DNA of 32,000 nucleotides, from contig NZ_CP074694.1 in NCBI RefSeq assembly GCF_018398935.1, forward strand, positions 1,320,001-1,352,000, written 5' to 3'. Each line of letters begins with the position of its first letter. Within the stretch, counting starts at the first letter, position 1. The translations under genes and the position numbers were made by a program. This document shows, in pieces, positions 8,727 through 17,045 of this stretch. The notes under the pieces were generated by a model that worked only from the letters and a program-made list of their open reading frames with translations, was not told where the DNA came from and made no database searches. The DNA comes from Telmatocola sphagniphila (lineage in GTDB: Bacteria > Planctomycetota > Planctomycetia > Gemmatales > Gemmataceae).

Positions 8727-9752
8727 ATGTTAAACTTTGAATATTTTGTCTCCAATCTTAAATCCCGGATTAAATCGCCCATCCTTGTGATCCTGGGTTC
8801 GCCCCGTTTGGTCTGCGATCTGGCAACGCACTTCCCGGAATTTTCGATTTCGAACTTTCAGCTCGATCTGCATCAGACCCAGAAGCTGGAAATCGAAGCG
8901 GAATCCCGAAATTTGAAGATCCAGGTTTTCACCAAACCCGATCTTTGGGATGTTCCTGAAAAGTATCCCACGGTTCTGTTTCCGGTGATGAAGCATGGCG
9001 AGCGGGAATTGAAACTCGACATGCTGGAACAGTCGATTCAAGTACTGGAACAAGGGGGGATGCTGGCCTCACTTTCCGAATACGAACGGGATTCGCTCCT
9101 GCCCAAATGGCACAAGAAAATCTACGGTAAGTGCAGCTCGATTCCTGCTCAGGACGATTGCAGTCTGTTCTGGTCGTTCAAAGACACAGAACCTACTCGG
9201 CGACGTCATGAAATTGTTTTTCACGCGAGAATAAAAGACGGGCCCTCGAGGGTGTTTCGAAGCTGGCCCGGAGTTTTTTCCTACGGCCGCATGGATGATG
9301 GGGCTCGCGCGTTGCTGGATTGTGCGGAGATCCGCGAGAACGATGCTGTACTCGATCTCGGCTGCGGCATCGGTACGAACGGGATCCTGATCTCACATCT
9401 GACGAATGGACCGATCACTTTCGTGGATAGCAATGTCCGGGCTTGCGAATTGACGAGGATCAATGCCGAGGCCAGCGAGCTCAAAAGGTTCCAGGTTCTG
9501 GCATCCTCGACACAGGTGGAATTGGAGCCCAATAGTCAGGATGTTGTGTTGGCGAACCCACCGTATTATGGCCAGTCGCTGATCGTCCAGAAGTTTCTGG
9601 AGACTTCGCACGCACTCCTTAAACCAGGGGGCCGGCTTTATCTGGTGACCAAGATGATCAATGAAGTCGGGGCGATGGCGACGCAATTTTATCCGGAAGC
9701 CACATACGACGAAACACGAGGCTATAACGTGATTAAGGGAATCAAGGAATGA
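8727..9752 (+). CDS. RsmC/RlmG-like two-domain rRNA (guanine-N2) methyltransferase
   Basis: 341-aa ORF starting 9 nt after the previous stop. It has WPGVFSYGRMDDGARALL, motif I VLDLGCGIGTNG, and motif IV VLANPPYYG, preceded by a degenerate N-terminal MTase-like domain as in RsmC/RlmG. Confidence 0.75.
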   Translation: MLNFEYFVSNLKSRIKSPILVILGSPRLVCDLATHFPEFSISNFQLDLHQTQKLEIEAESRNLKIQVFTKPDLWDVPEKYPTVLFPVMKHGERELKLDMLEQSIQVLEQGGMLASLSEYERDSLLPKWHKKIYGKCSSIPAQDDCSLFWSFKDTEPTRRRHEIVFHARIKDGPSRVFRSWPGVFSYGRMDDGARALLDCAEIRENDAVLDLGCGIGTNGILISHLTNGPITFVDSNVRACELTRINAEASELKRFQVLASSTQVELEPNSQDVVLANPPYYGQSLIVQKFLETSHALLKPGGRLYLVTKMINEVGAMATQFYPEATYDETRGYNVIKGIKE

Positions 9753-10255
9753 CGGTTGAAGAAGTCATTTCCATCCTGAAACTTCAACCGCATCCCGTGG
9801 AAGGTGGATTTTTTCGGGAAATTTACCGCAGTTCGCTGATAATCCCGAAATCCGCTTTGCCGGATAATCCTGGAGATAGGTCACTCTGCACAACAATTTA
9901 TTACCTGCTAACGGCCAAAACGGTATCCGAATTGCATCAATTACCAACTGCTGAAATTTTTCATTTTTATTTGGGCAGTCCGGTCGAGATGCTGCAATTG
10001 AGCCTTGATGGGGAGAGTCGCCGAGTCTACCTCGGTACCGATTTGAAATCCGGTCAGGTCCCTCAACTGGTTGTTCCCGGTGGCGTTTGGCAAGGAAGTC
10101 ACTTATGCGCTGGGGGAGAATTTGCACTTTTAGGTGCAACCATGGCCCCGGGCTTTGATTACGCGGACTATACTTCCGGTAACCGAAAAGAGCTTCTCAC
10201 GCTGTTCCCGGCCGAAGCCGAGTTGATCAAAAAATTGACTCCCGGACAGGACTAG
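9749..10255 (+). CDS. DUF985-type cupin-fold protein
   Basis: 168-aa ORF with an ATGA overlap onto the upstream methyltransferase. LQPHPVEGGFFREIYRS, TTIYYLL, ELHQLPTAEIFHFYLG, VVPGGVWQGS and GATMAPGFDYADY match my recollection of the DUF985/YML079w cupin family. Confidence 0.75.
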   Translation: MTVEEVISILKLQPHPVEGGFFREIYRSSLIIPKSALPDNPGDRSLCTTIYYLLTAKTVSELHQLPTAEIFHFYLGSPVEMLQLSLDGESRRVYLGTDLKSGQVPQLVVPGGVWQGSHLCAGGEFALLGATMAPGFDYADYTSGNRKELLTLFPAEAELIKKLTPGQD

Positions 10256-10270
10256 ATTCGAGTCGAAGCC

Positions 10271-11617
10271 TCAGAGCGTTTTCAAATACTCAAGTACCGC
10301 TTTTCTTTCACCTTCTGTCAAATCGTCTCCAAAAGTATGGCCGCGGTTCGATCGGCCCGGTTTCGAAGTGTCGTAATATTTTCGTTGCTCGAAGACTGAA
10401 ATAGACATCGGGATCGATTTCACTTCCGTAATTTTCCAGCCGACTTTATCCCGATCGTAATCGGCTTCGTTGGTTTCGAAGGAACGCGTGAACAATTTTG
10501 GCCGTACGTCGGATTTTAAAAGAGCGTAAAGGGTGGGAACGGAGCCATTGTGAAGGTAGGGGGCCGTAGCCCAGATGCCATCCAGCGGCGGGGCTTGATA
10601 ACCTTTAGTCTGAGTCACCAGATAGCCATCACCCTTTTCTTTTGAGAACCAGCTTTCGTTATAGGCTTCGCCAAACTTGGCCGTGATCCCATCGAACCTT
10701 TTGCGGTCAGTTCCAATTTGTTCGATGGGAATGATCTTGTTCGGATAGGTCCATTTTTCGCCATAGGTGCCATGGCACTTCGCGCAATTCTCGTTGAAGA
10801 CAAGCCCGCCTTTGTCTGCCAATTTCTGATCTATGGGAAACGGGTACTTGGGAGCTTCGACCGATTTGATGAAGGCGTCGATATCCTGGAACGCTTTCTC
10901 GTGCCTCTCGAAATCGGCTCTGCTGACCAAAGGACTCATCATGAACTGCATCTTGGATCGGACGGATCGGGCGTCGGCTCCCCCCGTATAGTACATCGTC
11001 TGCTTTTTCTTCAGAATCCACCAGGCCGGAACGTCCTCGCAAAGGTCGTCGTGCAGCCCCAGATCTTTGCGGCTAGATCGTAATTTCAGATCTGGTTCCC
11101 GGTAACCGAGAAGATAGACCCCCATGCCGCCCGCCTCGTTCGTGCCCCGAGCATTGCTGAATGTAAAAGGTAATTTGGTTTTTCGACCCTCGGCCAGATT
11201 CAAATCCTCGAATAGCGCATGCACATCCAGACTTGAGTTTCCCAATCCGATATAGCTCTTACCCAGGATAGACCCGGCATGACATACCATGCAATCGATC
11301 GTCAGTCCCTCTATGAGGAAACTCGCCTTGCGAAGTCCCATGGGCAACTCGCCATTTTTAAACGGAGCCGAATGCAGGCCATATCGCTTCTGAACTTCGC
11401 CCTGATAGTTGGCTGGCTTCTCTTTAGCCTCCCAGACTTTCCAAAGTTTGTCGTAACTGCTGTAGGACCAGAGTGGCGGTACGAAAGGGGTTTCAGTCAG
11501 AGCTTTGTAACCTCGGTCGACTGAGGAATCTGGAGCTTTTGGCTCGGCCGCGAAAGTTGCGGAGTTGTCGAAGATCGGGATTGCTGCAAAGGCCAGGTAA
11601 AGCAAAAGTCGAAGCAT
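10271..11617 (-). CDS. secreted di-haem c-type cytochrome (CCP/MauG/DUF1111-like superfamily)
   Basis: It has two CxxCH motifs (CMVCHAG and CAKCHG) plus WATAPYLHNGSVPTL near the C-terminus. I place the start at the internal ATG (complement of 11615-11617), which gives the signal peptide MLRLLLYLAFAAIPIFDNSATFAAEP. The 74-codon upstream extension in the ORF track overlaps the divergent gene and looks non-coding. Confidence 0.75.
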   Translation of the reverse strand: MLRLLLYLAFAAIPIFDNSATFAAEPKAPDSSVDRGYKALTETPFVPPLWSYSSYDKLWKVWEAKEKPANYQGEVQKRYGLHSAPFKNGELPMGLRKASFLIEGLTIDCMVCHAGSILGKSYIGLGNSSLDVHALFEDLNLAEGRKTKLPFTFSNARGTNEAGGMGVYLLGYREPDLKLRSSRKDLGLHDDLCEDVPAWWILKKKQTMYYTGGADARSVRSKMQFMMSPLVSRADFERHEKAFQDIDAFIKSVEAPKYPFPIDQKLADKGGLVFNENCAKCHGTYGEKWTYPNKIIPIEQIGTDRKRFDGITAKFGEAYNESWFSKEKGDGYLVTQTKGYQAPPLDGIWATAPYLHNGSVPTLYALLKSDVRPKLFTRSFETNEADYDRDKVGWKITEVKSIPMSISVFEQRKYYDTSKPGRSNRGHTFGDDLTEGERKAVLEYLKTL

Positions 11618-11761
11618 GATCGAAATCCTGGAGCGAATTCTTTCTTCTATTGTAGACCGACTCAGAAGACTGGTCGATAACTGGAAGATAACTGTTGACT
11701 CGCCTGTGTTCCATGTTATTGGAGTTCGGAGTTTAACTGCAAAGTTGAAAAGGGGGATAGG

Positions 11762-12142
11762 ATGATTCGATTTATGTTTCTTTCCGCTGCCGTGCTTTGC
11801 TGCATGAGCACTCGATCTCAAGCTCAAAATCTGACTCAAACGCCAAACCTTCCTGCTCAGAGTACCGTGAACACGAGTTCGTTCAACAACTCGTCTAACA
11901 ACGTTTCGGGTGTCTCGACCAGTCCGGGATTCTTCACGCGTCTGTACCGAAGTGTCTGGGGATCATCCTCATCGACCATTCAAACGGGCTCGAGTACATT
12001 TCCTGGCCCAGCGCCGACAAACACTCTGAAAGTTCTGGGGCCATTGCCTCCGATCATGGGAACTACGACTTCGTTTCCGATTCCTGTCGTCCCAGGAACT
12101 CTGGGACCGGTTGCTCTACCCAAGAGCGGGACAGGGAACTAG
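11762..12142 (+). CDS. small secreted Ser/Thr/Pro/Gly-rich protein, hypothetical
   Basis: 126-aa ORF with GGGGGA about 9 nt upstream. The signal-like N-terminus is MIRFMFLSAAVLCCMSTRSQAQ, followed by a low-complexity S/T/N/P-rich sequence. There is no family match, so coding status is uncertain. Confidence 0.4.
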   Translation: MIRFMFLSAAVLCCMSTRSQAQNLTQTPNLPAQSTVNTSSFNNSSNNVSGVSTSPGFFTRLYRSVWGSSSSTIQTGSSTFPGPAPTNTLKVLGPLPPIMGTTTSFPIPVVPGTLGPVALPKSGTGN

Positions 12143-12189
12143 ACGATATGAGCCGCTGGTCGTCTAAAGCTGCAATTCGGCTAACTATA

Positions 12190-12282
12190 CATAACATTGA
12201 TTATCGGACGTAAGAGTTGGGGTTTGCGGACATCACTCGGCCGCTCGGCCAAAACACCCAACGTCCGATAATGAATCTTATG
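12190..12282. repeat. long imperfect palindrome / hairpin-forming element in an intergenic region
   Basis: The arms CATAACATTGATTATCGGACGT (12190-12211) and ACGTCCGATAATGAATCTTATG (12261-12282) are complementary at 20 of 22 positions. CTAA/TTAG at 12181-12184 and 12288-12291 extend the symmetry. The 49-nt GC-rich spacer contains tandem CTCGGCC (12236-12242 and 12244-12250). Confidence 0.7.
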
Positions 12283-12360
12283 TTCAATTAGATCTGCATT
12301 TTCATCGAGAAATAACGACAGCTCGATTATTGCTGGCTTGAGACTTCAAGTCGGCTTATC

Positions 12361-13644
12361 ATGTCGTTCATGCTTCAACCCGCACTTATCAACGCCGGTA
12401 TGGTCGGTCTCGGAATGATCTTCGACGAGACCTATCGACCCTTTTTCGAAAGCTGCCACGAAGCGCCGATTTTCGATCGCCGAGTCGGCTCTGTGGATCT
12501 TCGTCTGGTCAGTGTGGCTACCCGGACAGGTACTCGCGCAGATCAGCTGATGAAGTGTTGGTCCGCGGCTTCCCGACCCGTCTTTGAAAGTTTTGCAGGG
12601 AGCGATTCGGTCGATCGGTTGCTTGCCTCCGACGTACATGCAGTGTGCATCGCAACTCCCGACGACAGACATTTCGAACCAGCCAGGAAAGCTCTGCAGG
12701 CGGGTAAGCATGTGCTGATCGAGAAGCCCGCTGTTCTGAATCTTTCGGAACTGGATGAGCTGGTCGAGTTAGCCGGCAAACGGCAGGTTCTTTGCAAGAT
12801 CGTTTACCACAAACTGCTAGACCCCGATCACAAGAAGCTTCGCACGCTGTATCGGGATGGGGTGCTCCAACACGTCAATAATGGTTACTGCTCTTTGCTG
12901 GAGCCGAAGTCGATTAGCACGGGTCAGTTCGCCGAATGGATATCCGGCCGTAATCCGGCGAGTTACGTGGCCGTGCACTATCTGAAACTGATTGATTTCA
13001 CCTTCGGGCCAGATTGGCGACTCAAGCGAATTCATGCCACCGGGCAAAGAGGAATCGTCGGCTCCTCCAACGGGAGCACTTGGGACTCGGTTCAACTGCA
13101 AGTGACTTACGAGTATCCGGACGCCCGAGAAGCGACTTTCGACATTCATACCAGTTGGGTGACTCCGGATAATTTCCCCGGCTATGTGGATCAGGAAGTG
13201 CAGTTCCGTTTCGACAACAGTATCTGGCTGGCCCATCAGAGGAAAAGAGGCGTCGAACTGGCGATCGAAGGAAGGACTCCCCAGGACTTCAAGAACACTC
13301 CTAACTATCACTACAACGGCAGCTTCCTGGAGCCTTGGGGGGAACGCTGCCAGCGCGGTTATGGCATCGAAGTGATCAGCCGTTTCTTCCAGGAAGTCGG
13401 GTATGTGGAGTTCGGTACCAGAGCCCAACGTACCGACCGACTAGCGGAAATGCGCTCGCTGACCTACAACGACGTATCAGCGGATCGGAACTGCGTGGCC
13501 ATCGTGCAAGCTCTGGAAGCGCTCTTAACGCGGCTTGCGTCTGGGGATGCCGGGTCCTGGGTGGAAGTCAACGGCAGCTTGGGAGGTCTGGTCCTCTTCT
13601 CGAGAAACAGATCCCCAGAAGTTCTGTACTCACCGGCGGTATAA
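12361..13644 (+). CDS. Gfo/Idh/MocA-family NAD(P)-dependent oxidoreductase
   Basis: 427-aa ORF. It has an N-terminal Rossmann segment GMVGLGMI and the family-typical VCIATPDDRHFEPARKALQAGKHVLIEKP block. Confidence 0.8.
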   Translation: MSFMLQPALINAGMVGLGMIFDETYRPFFESCHEAPIFDRRVGSVDLRLVSVATRTGTRADQLMKCWSAASRPVFESFAGSDSVDRLLASDVHAVCIATPDDRHFEPARKALQAGKHVLIEKPAVLNLSELDELVELAGKRQVLCKIVYHKLLDPDHKKLRTLYRDGVLQHVNNGYCSLLEPKSISTGQFAEWISGRNPASYVAVHYLKLIDFTFGPDWRLKRIHATGQRGIVGSSNGSTWDSVQLQVTYEYPDAREATFDIHTSWVTPDNFPGYVDQEVQFRFDNSIWLAHQRKRGVELAIEGRTPQDFKNTPNYHYNGSFLEPWGERCQRGYGIEVISRFFQEVGYVEFGTRAQRTDRLAEMRSLTYNDVSADRNCVAIVQALEALLTRLASGDAGSWVEVNGSLGGLVLFSRNRSPEVLYSPAV

Positions 13645-13667
13645 TTTCACTGAAGCGGACCTCTCTC

Positions 13668-15050
13668 ATGCAACCGATTCATCATCTCGGCGAGGAAATT
13701 TCTAATGCTCGGCGGGATCAGTTAATCCAACTCGAAGCGCGCTCGCAACGGACATTTACTCCGTCGCAGGCCGTGATCGCCCGAAGTGCCGGCGTCTTTC
13801 ATTGGACTCCGGAAGGGAAGAAGCTCTTCGATTTCACTTCGGGGGTGCTTGTCGCCAACCTCGGTCACAATCCGAATTCTTGGATGCGGCGATTCTACCG
13901 ATACATGAACTGGCCGGAGAGTTTCTCAAACGCATCCTCCTTCTTCGAAGCGGTACCAATGACGGCTTACAACGGGGTCACACCCATCGAAATGGAAGCC
14001 AGCCAGAGATTGATCGAGTTCACAAAGAATCGGCCGGGAGGGTCGCGTCTTAATCAGGTGATGTGGGCCGCTTCGGGTTCCGAGGCGATTCAGAAAGCCC
14101 TCTGGGCCGCGATGGCCCGGGATAAGAATCGGCCGATGATTCTAGCCACCCGATTCGGGTTTCACGGCAAGAAAGGGCTCGCCAATGCCGTTACCGGTTC
14201 CGAGCAGGATTCAGAACGAGATCCTCGCGTGCGATTTATTTCCTTTCCGATGCAGGAGTGCGCGGATGTTTCGAAGCGCGAGGATGAGATCGATCTGCGC
14301 CCCTTCCGACACGAATTGCACGAACTGTGGGACCAGTTCGATCATAAAATCGGTGTGATGATCACCGAGCCCTATCTGGGAGGCGGTGGTTCCTATCATC
14401 CGCAAAAATCCTATCTGCAAATGCTCCAGGCCTTCTGTCACCAGCACGACCTCATTTTCATTCTCGATGAAGTGCAGTCGAATTTCGGCCGTACAGGAAA
14501 AATGTTTGCTTATGAAACTTACGGACTCGAACCGGATATGGTGGTGCTGGGCAAAGGTTTGGGAAATGGTGTACCGGTGGCGGCGGTTTTAGGTCGAGGC
14601 GATATTTTCTCCTCTTTGCAGTACGGCGAAGCCTCCGACACATGGAGCGCGAACCCCCTGAATTGTGCTTCCGTTTTGGCCACTCTCGATGAATTTGAAG
14701 AACGCGACGTCCTTGGGCCAATGCAGGAAGTTTCGAAGTTCATTGAAGCTGGCTTGATTGAACTCAAAAAATTCCCCTTCGTAGAACATGTAAGAGGAGA
14801 GCAGGGAGGTATGGTCTGGGGTTTGGAATTCCGACCCCACGCTAACTTATCGGGCGGCGAGTGGGCTAATCGTTTTGTGCTGGAAGGATACCTGGGAGAT
14901 GGCGGTACCACGCCAGGAGTACATCTTCTCGGCCCTCTGGCGAAAAAAGTGGTTCGCATCTCCCCTCCTCTGGTTATAACACAAGAAGAGGCGTCCAACG
15001 CCATGGCGATTCTCCATCGCGCGGCCCAGCGCATGAATTCGGAAACATGA
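13668..15050 (+). CDS. class-III (aspartate aminotransferase fold) PLP-dependent aminotransferase
   Basis: The start is taken at ATG 13668 (MQPIHHLGEE...), 23 nt after the previous stop. The longer track ORF from 13335 overlaps the oxidoreductase gene. Motifs: FDFTSGVLVANLGHNP, DEVQSNFGRTGKMFAYE, and VVLGKGLGNGVPVAA containing the PLP lysine. Confidence 0.85.
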   Translation: MQPIHHLGEEISNARRDQLIQLEARSQRTFTPSQAVIARSAGVFHWTPEGKKLFDFTSGVLVANLGHNPNSWMRRFYRYMNWPESFSNASSFFEAVPMTAYNGVTPIEMEASQRLIEFTKNRPGGSRLNQVMWAASGSEAIQKALWAAMARDKNRPMILATRFGFHGKKGLANAVTGSEQDSERDPRVRFISFPMQECADVSKREDEIDLRPFRHELHELWDQFDHKIGVMITEPYLGGGGSYHPQKSYLQMLQAFCHQHDLIFILDEVQSNFGRTGKMFAYETYGLEPDMVVLGKGLGNGVPVAAVLGRGDIFSSLQYGEASDTWSANPLNCASVLATLDEFEERDVLGPMQEVSKFIEAGLIELKKFPFVEHVRGEQGGMVWGLEFRPHANLSGGEWANRFVLEGYLGDGGTTPGVHLLGPLAKKVVRISPPLVITQEEASNAMAILHRAAQRMNSET

Positions 15051-15958
15051 TCGAACAAATAGTAGACCTGATTGCCAATAACCTGGGGCTTTACGGCTTC
15101 GAAGTTCGCTCTTTCTGGGCGATCATCATGGTTTGCACGATTAGCGGAATGGTGGGTTCGCTAGTCGTCGGCAATCGAATGGCTTTTTTCAGCGATGCGA
15201 TGGCTCACTGTGCCTTTGCGGGGATCGGTCTGGGCGCTTTAGTCGCACTTTACTTCGGCGGTCAGTTGGATCGATATCAGTTCATGATTCCGCTGATTAT
15301 GGTCTTTTTCGGGGCTCTGCTTGGCATAGGAATCGATTATGTGCGGGAGAAGACCACATTAGCCAGCGATACGGTGATTGGTGTCTTTTTTGCCGGTGCC
15401 ATTGGGTTTGGGGCAATAATCGTAACGGCCCTTCAGAAGAAAAATAAGATTAACCCCGAGGATTTTTTGTTCGGTAGTCCCCTGTTCGTCAAGGACTTTG
15501 ATATCTGGTATCTGCTTATTCTGCTTGGTCTTACCATCGCCCTACTCTGCTTTCGCTACAACTACTTCCTGCTTGAGACCTTCAATGTTTCGCTGGCGCG
15601 TTCCCGGCGCATTCCGGTCCGAGTCGATCAAATTTTGTTAATCGTTCTTTTAGCGATGATCGTGAATTTGTCGATTTGCGCGGTCGGGATGCTTTTGATC
15701 AATGCAATGCTTATAGTACCTGCAGCCTGCGCGAGCAATTTGGCCCGTAACATGCGGCAATTCTTCTGGTATAGTACTACTATCAGTTTGAGTGCCGGTC
15801 TCATTGGCTTGATGATCAGCCGGAAAGTCAGCATCCCCTATGGGTCCGATCGGCTGGAATTCGGTCCCAGCGGGGTTATCGTTATCGTTTGCGTCTTCTT
15901 TTTCTTCGCCTCGGCCTTGTGGAAGAATGCCCGAGATTATCAGATGAATCAAAGATGA
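15047..15958 (+). CDS. ABC-3 family metal (Zn/Mn-type) ABC transporter permease, ZnuB/MntB/TroC-like
   Basis: 303-aa ORF with an ATGA overlap onto the aminotransferase. GMVGSLVVGNRMAFFSDAMAHCAFAGIGLG aligns with E. coli ZnuB [30 protein letters not shown], and LINAMLIVPAA aligns with ITSLLIIPAA. It has 8-9 TM helices. Confidence 0.85.
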   Translation: MIEQIVDLIANNLGLYGFEVRSFWAIIMVCTISGMVGSLVVGNRMAFFSDAMAHCAFAGIGLGALVALYFGGQLDRYQFMIPLIMVFFGALLGIGIDYVREKTTLASDTVIGVFFAGAIGFGAIIVTALQKKNKINPEDFLFGSPLFVKDFDIWYLLILLGLTIALLCFRYNYFLLETFNVSLARSRRIPVRVDQILLIVLLAMIVNLSICAVGMLLINAMLIVPAACASNLARNMRQFFWYSTTISLSAGLIGLMISRKVSIPYGSDRLEFGPSGVIVIVCVFFFFASALWKNARDYQMNQR

Positions 15959-16040
15959 GTGACCCGGTGCTCCGATGAACCTGCCGGATAAACAACGCGT
16001 AGTAACATAACGCTATTTTTCGCCTCACTGAAGAGACGCC

Positions 16041-17042
16041 GTGGAACAGACACTTAACGACTTCGTAATTCTCTTCACTTCCATTCTCTGGGAAGCTTTC
16101 CCGTTCGTCGTGCTGGGAGCATTCATCGCCGGCTTCCTCGAGGAGATGGTGCCGCAACAGGCGATCACCAAGGTCATCCCGAAAAATAAGTATGTAGCAA
16201 TCGCGATCGGCAGCCTTCTGGGGTTGGTGTTCCCGATGTGCGAATGCGGCATCGTACCGGTTATGCGTCGCTTGCTTCGTAAGGGGTTGCCGCTGGCGGT
16301 TTGCGTCGCATACATGCTTGCAGGTCCGATTATCAATGTGATTGTGATTTTGAGTACTCGGGAAGCCTTCCTTAGACACGAAATGGCCTTCCAGATGGTG
16401 GCTTTCCGAGTGGGAATGGGTTTCGTGGTCGCTTGCATTACCGCTCTGGTCGTCGATCGGCTTGTTGAGCGGGTGGGAGTAACTAATCTATTGACTCCCC
16501 TGGCGATTCCCCAAGGTATGGTCGGGCTTGAAACCAGCCACACGGTGCACCCTGCCGAGTTTCGGGCGGGAGAACGACGACCTGTACTAATTCGACTGGC
16601 GAACATCTCGGAAACCTCGCTGCACGATTTCGTGGATATCATGGTCTACCTGACTTTGGGAGCTTTAATCTCCGCATTCTGCCGAATCATTCTGACTCAG
16701 GAAGACATCGGTTCGGTGGCAAATTCTCTGCCCTTTTTGGCTATTCTCGCCATGATGGCTCTGGCGATTCTGCTTTGCTTATGCAGTGAAGCCGACGCGT
16801 TCGTGGCTGCGAGCTTCACCAGTATGCCCCCTTCCACGAAAATCGCCTTTTTAGTCCTCGGTCCTATGTTCGATCTGAAGCTGCTGTTGATGTACACGCG
16901 AGTGTTTCGACGGAAGTTGATCCTCACCATTGTCTCCACGGTTATAATTCAAGTATTCGTATATTGCATGATCGTGCATTATGTGGTGCCGCAGTCCTTC
17001 TTCACACCACCGCCCTCTACCGCTAGTCTGGAAGGAAAGTAA
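16041..17042 (+). CDS. COG0701/DUF318 (ArsP-like) permease, large subunit of a two-component membrane permease
   Basis: 333-aa ORF with a GTG start. It is polytopic with two pseudo-repeated Cys motifs in hydrophobic segments: FPMCECGIVPV (C67/C69, nt 16239-16247) and LCLCSEADAF (C246/C248, nt 16776-16784). It sits directly upstream (3-nt gap) of a TIGR03943-like gene, the usual pairing. Confidence 0.8.
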   Translation: MEQTLNDFVILFTSILWEAFPFVVLGAFIAGFLEEMVPQQAITKVIPKNKYVAIAIGSLLGLVFPMCECGIVPVMRRLLRKGLPLAVCVAYMLAGPIINVIVILSTREAFLRHEMAFQMVAFRVGMGFVVACITALVVDRLVERVGVTNLLTPLAIPQGMVGLETSHTVHPAEFRAGERRPVLIRLANISETSLHDFVDIMVYLTLGALISAFCRIILTQEDIGSVANSLPFLAILAMMALAILLCLCSEADAFVAASFTSMPPSTKIAFLVLGPMFDLKLLLMYTRVFRRKLILTIVSTVIIQVFVYCMIVHYVVPQSFFTPPPSTASLEGK

Positions 17043-17045
17043 GTT

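Noticed and set aside
11618-11839. A 74-codon N-terminal extension of the cytochrome c ORF.
   Set aside because: The extension overlaps the divergent small secreted-protein gene start. The internal Met yields a canonical signal peptide, as expected for a periplasmic c-type cytochrome.
12195-12280. GATAAT/ATTATC hexamers in both palindrome arms (GATAATGAATCTTATGTTC) resemble a Fur box.
   Set aside because: Only about 13/19 positions match the 19-bp E. coli Fur consensus, and the two hexamers are about 50 bp apart rather than contiguous. This is kept only as a minor alternative within the palindrome finding, not as a called binding site.
13335-13667. A 111-codon N-terminal extension of the aminotransferase ORF as listed in the track (571 aa).
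   Set aside because: The extension overlaps the 3' end of the Gfo/Idh/MocA gene in another frame and has Arg/Ser-rich nonsense-like composition. Aminotransferase similarity begins only at MQPIHHLGEE (ATG 13668).
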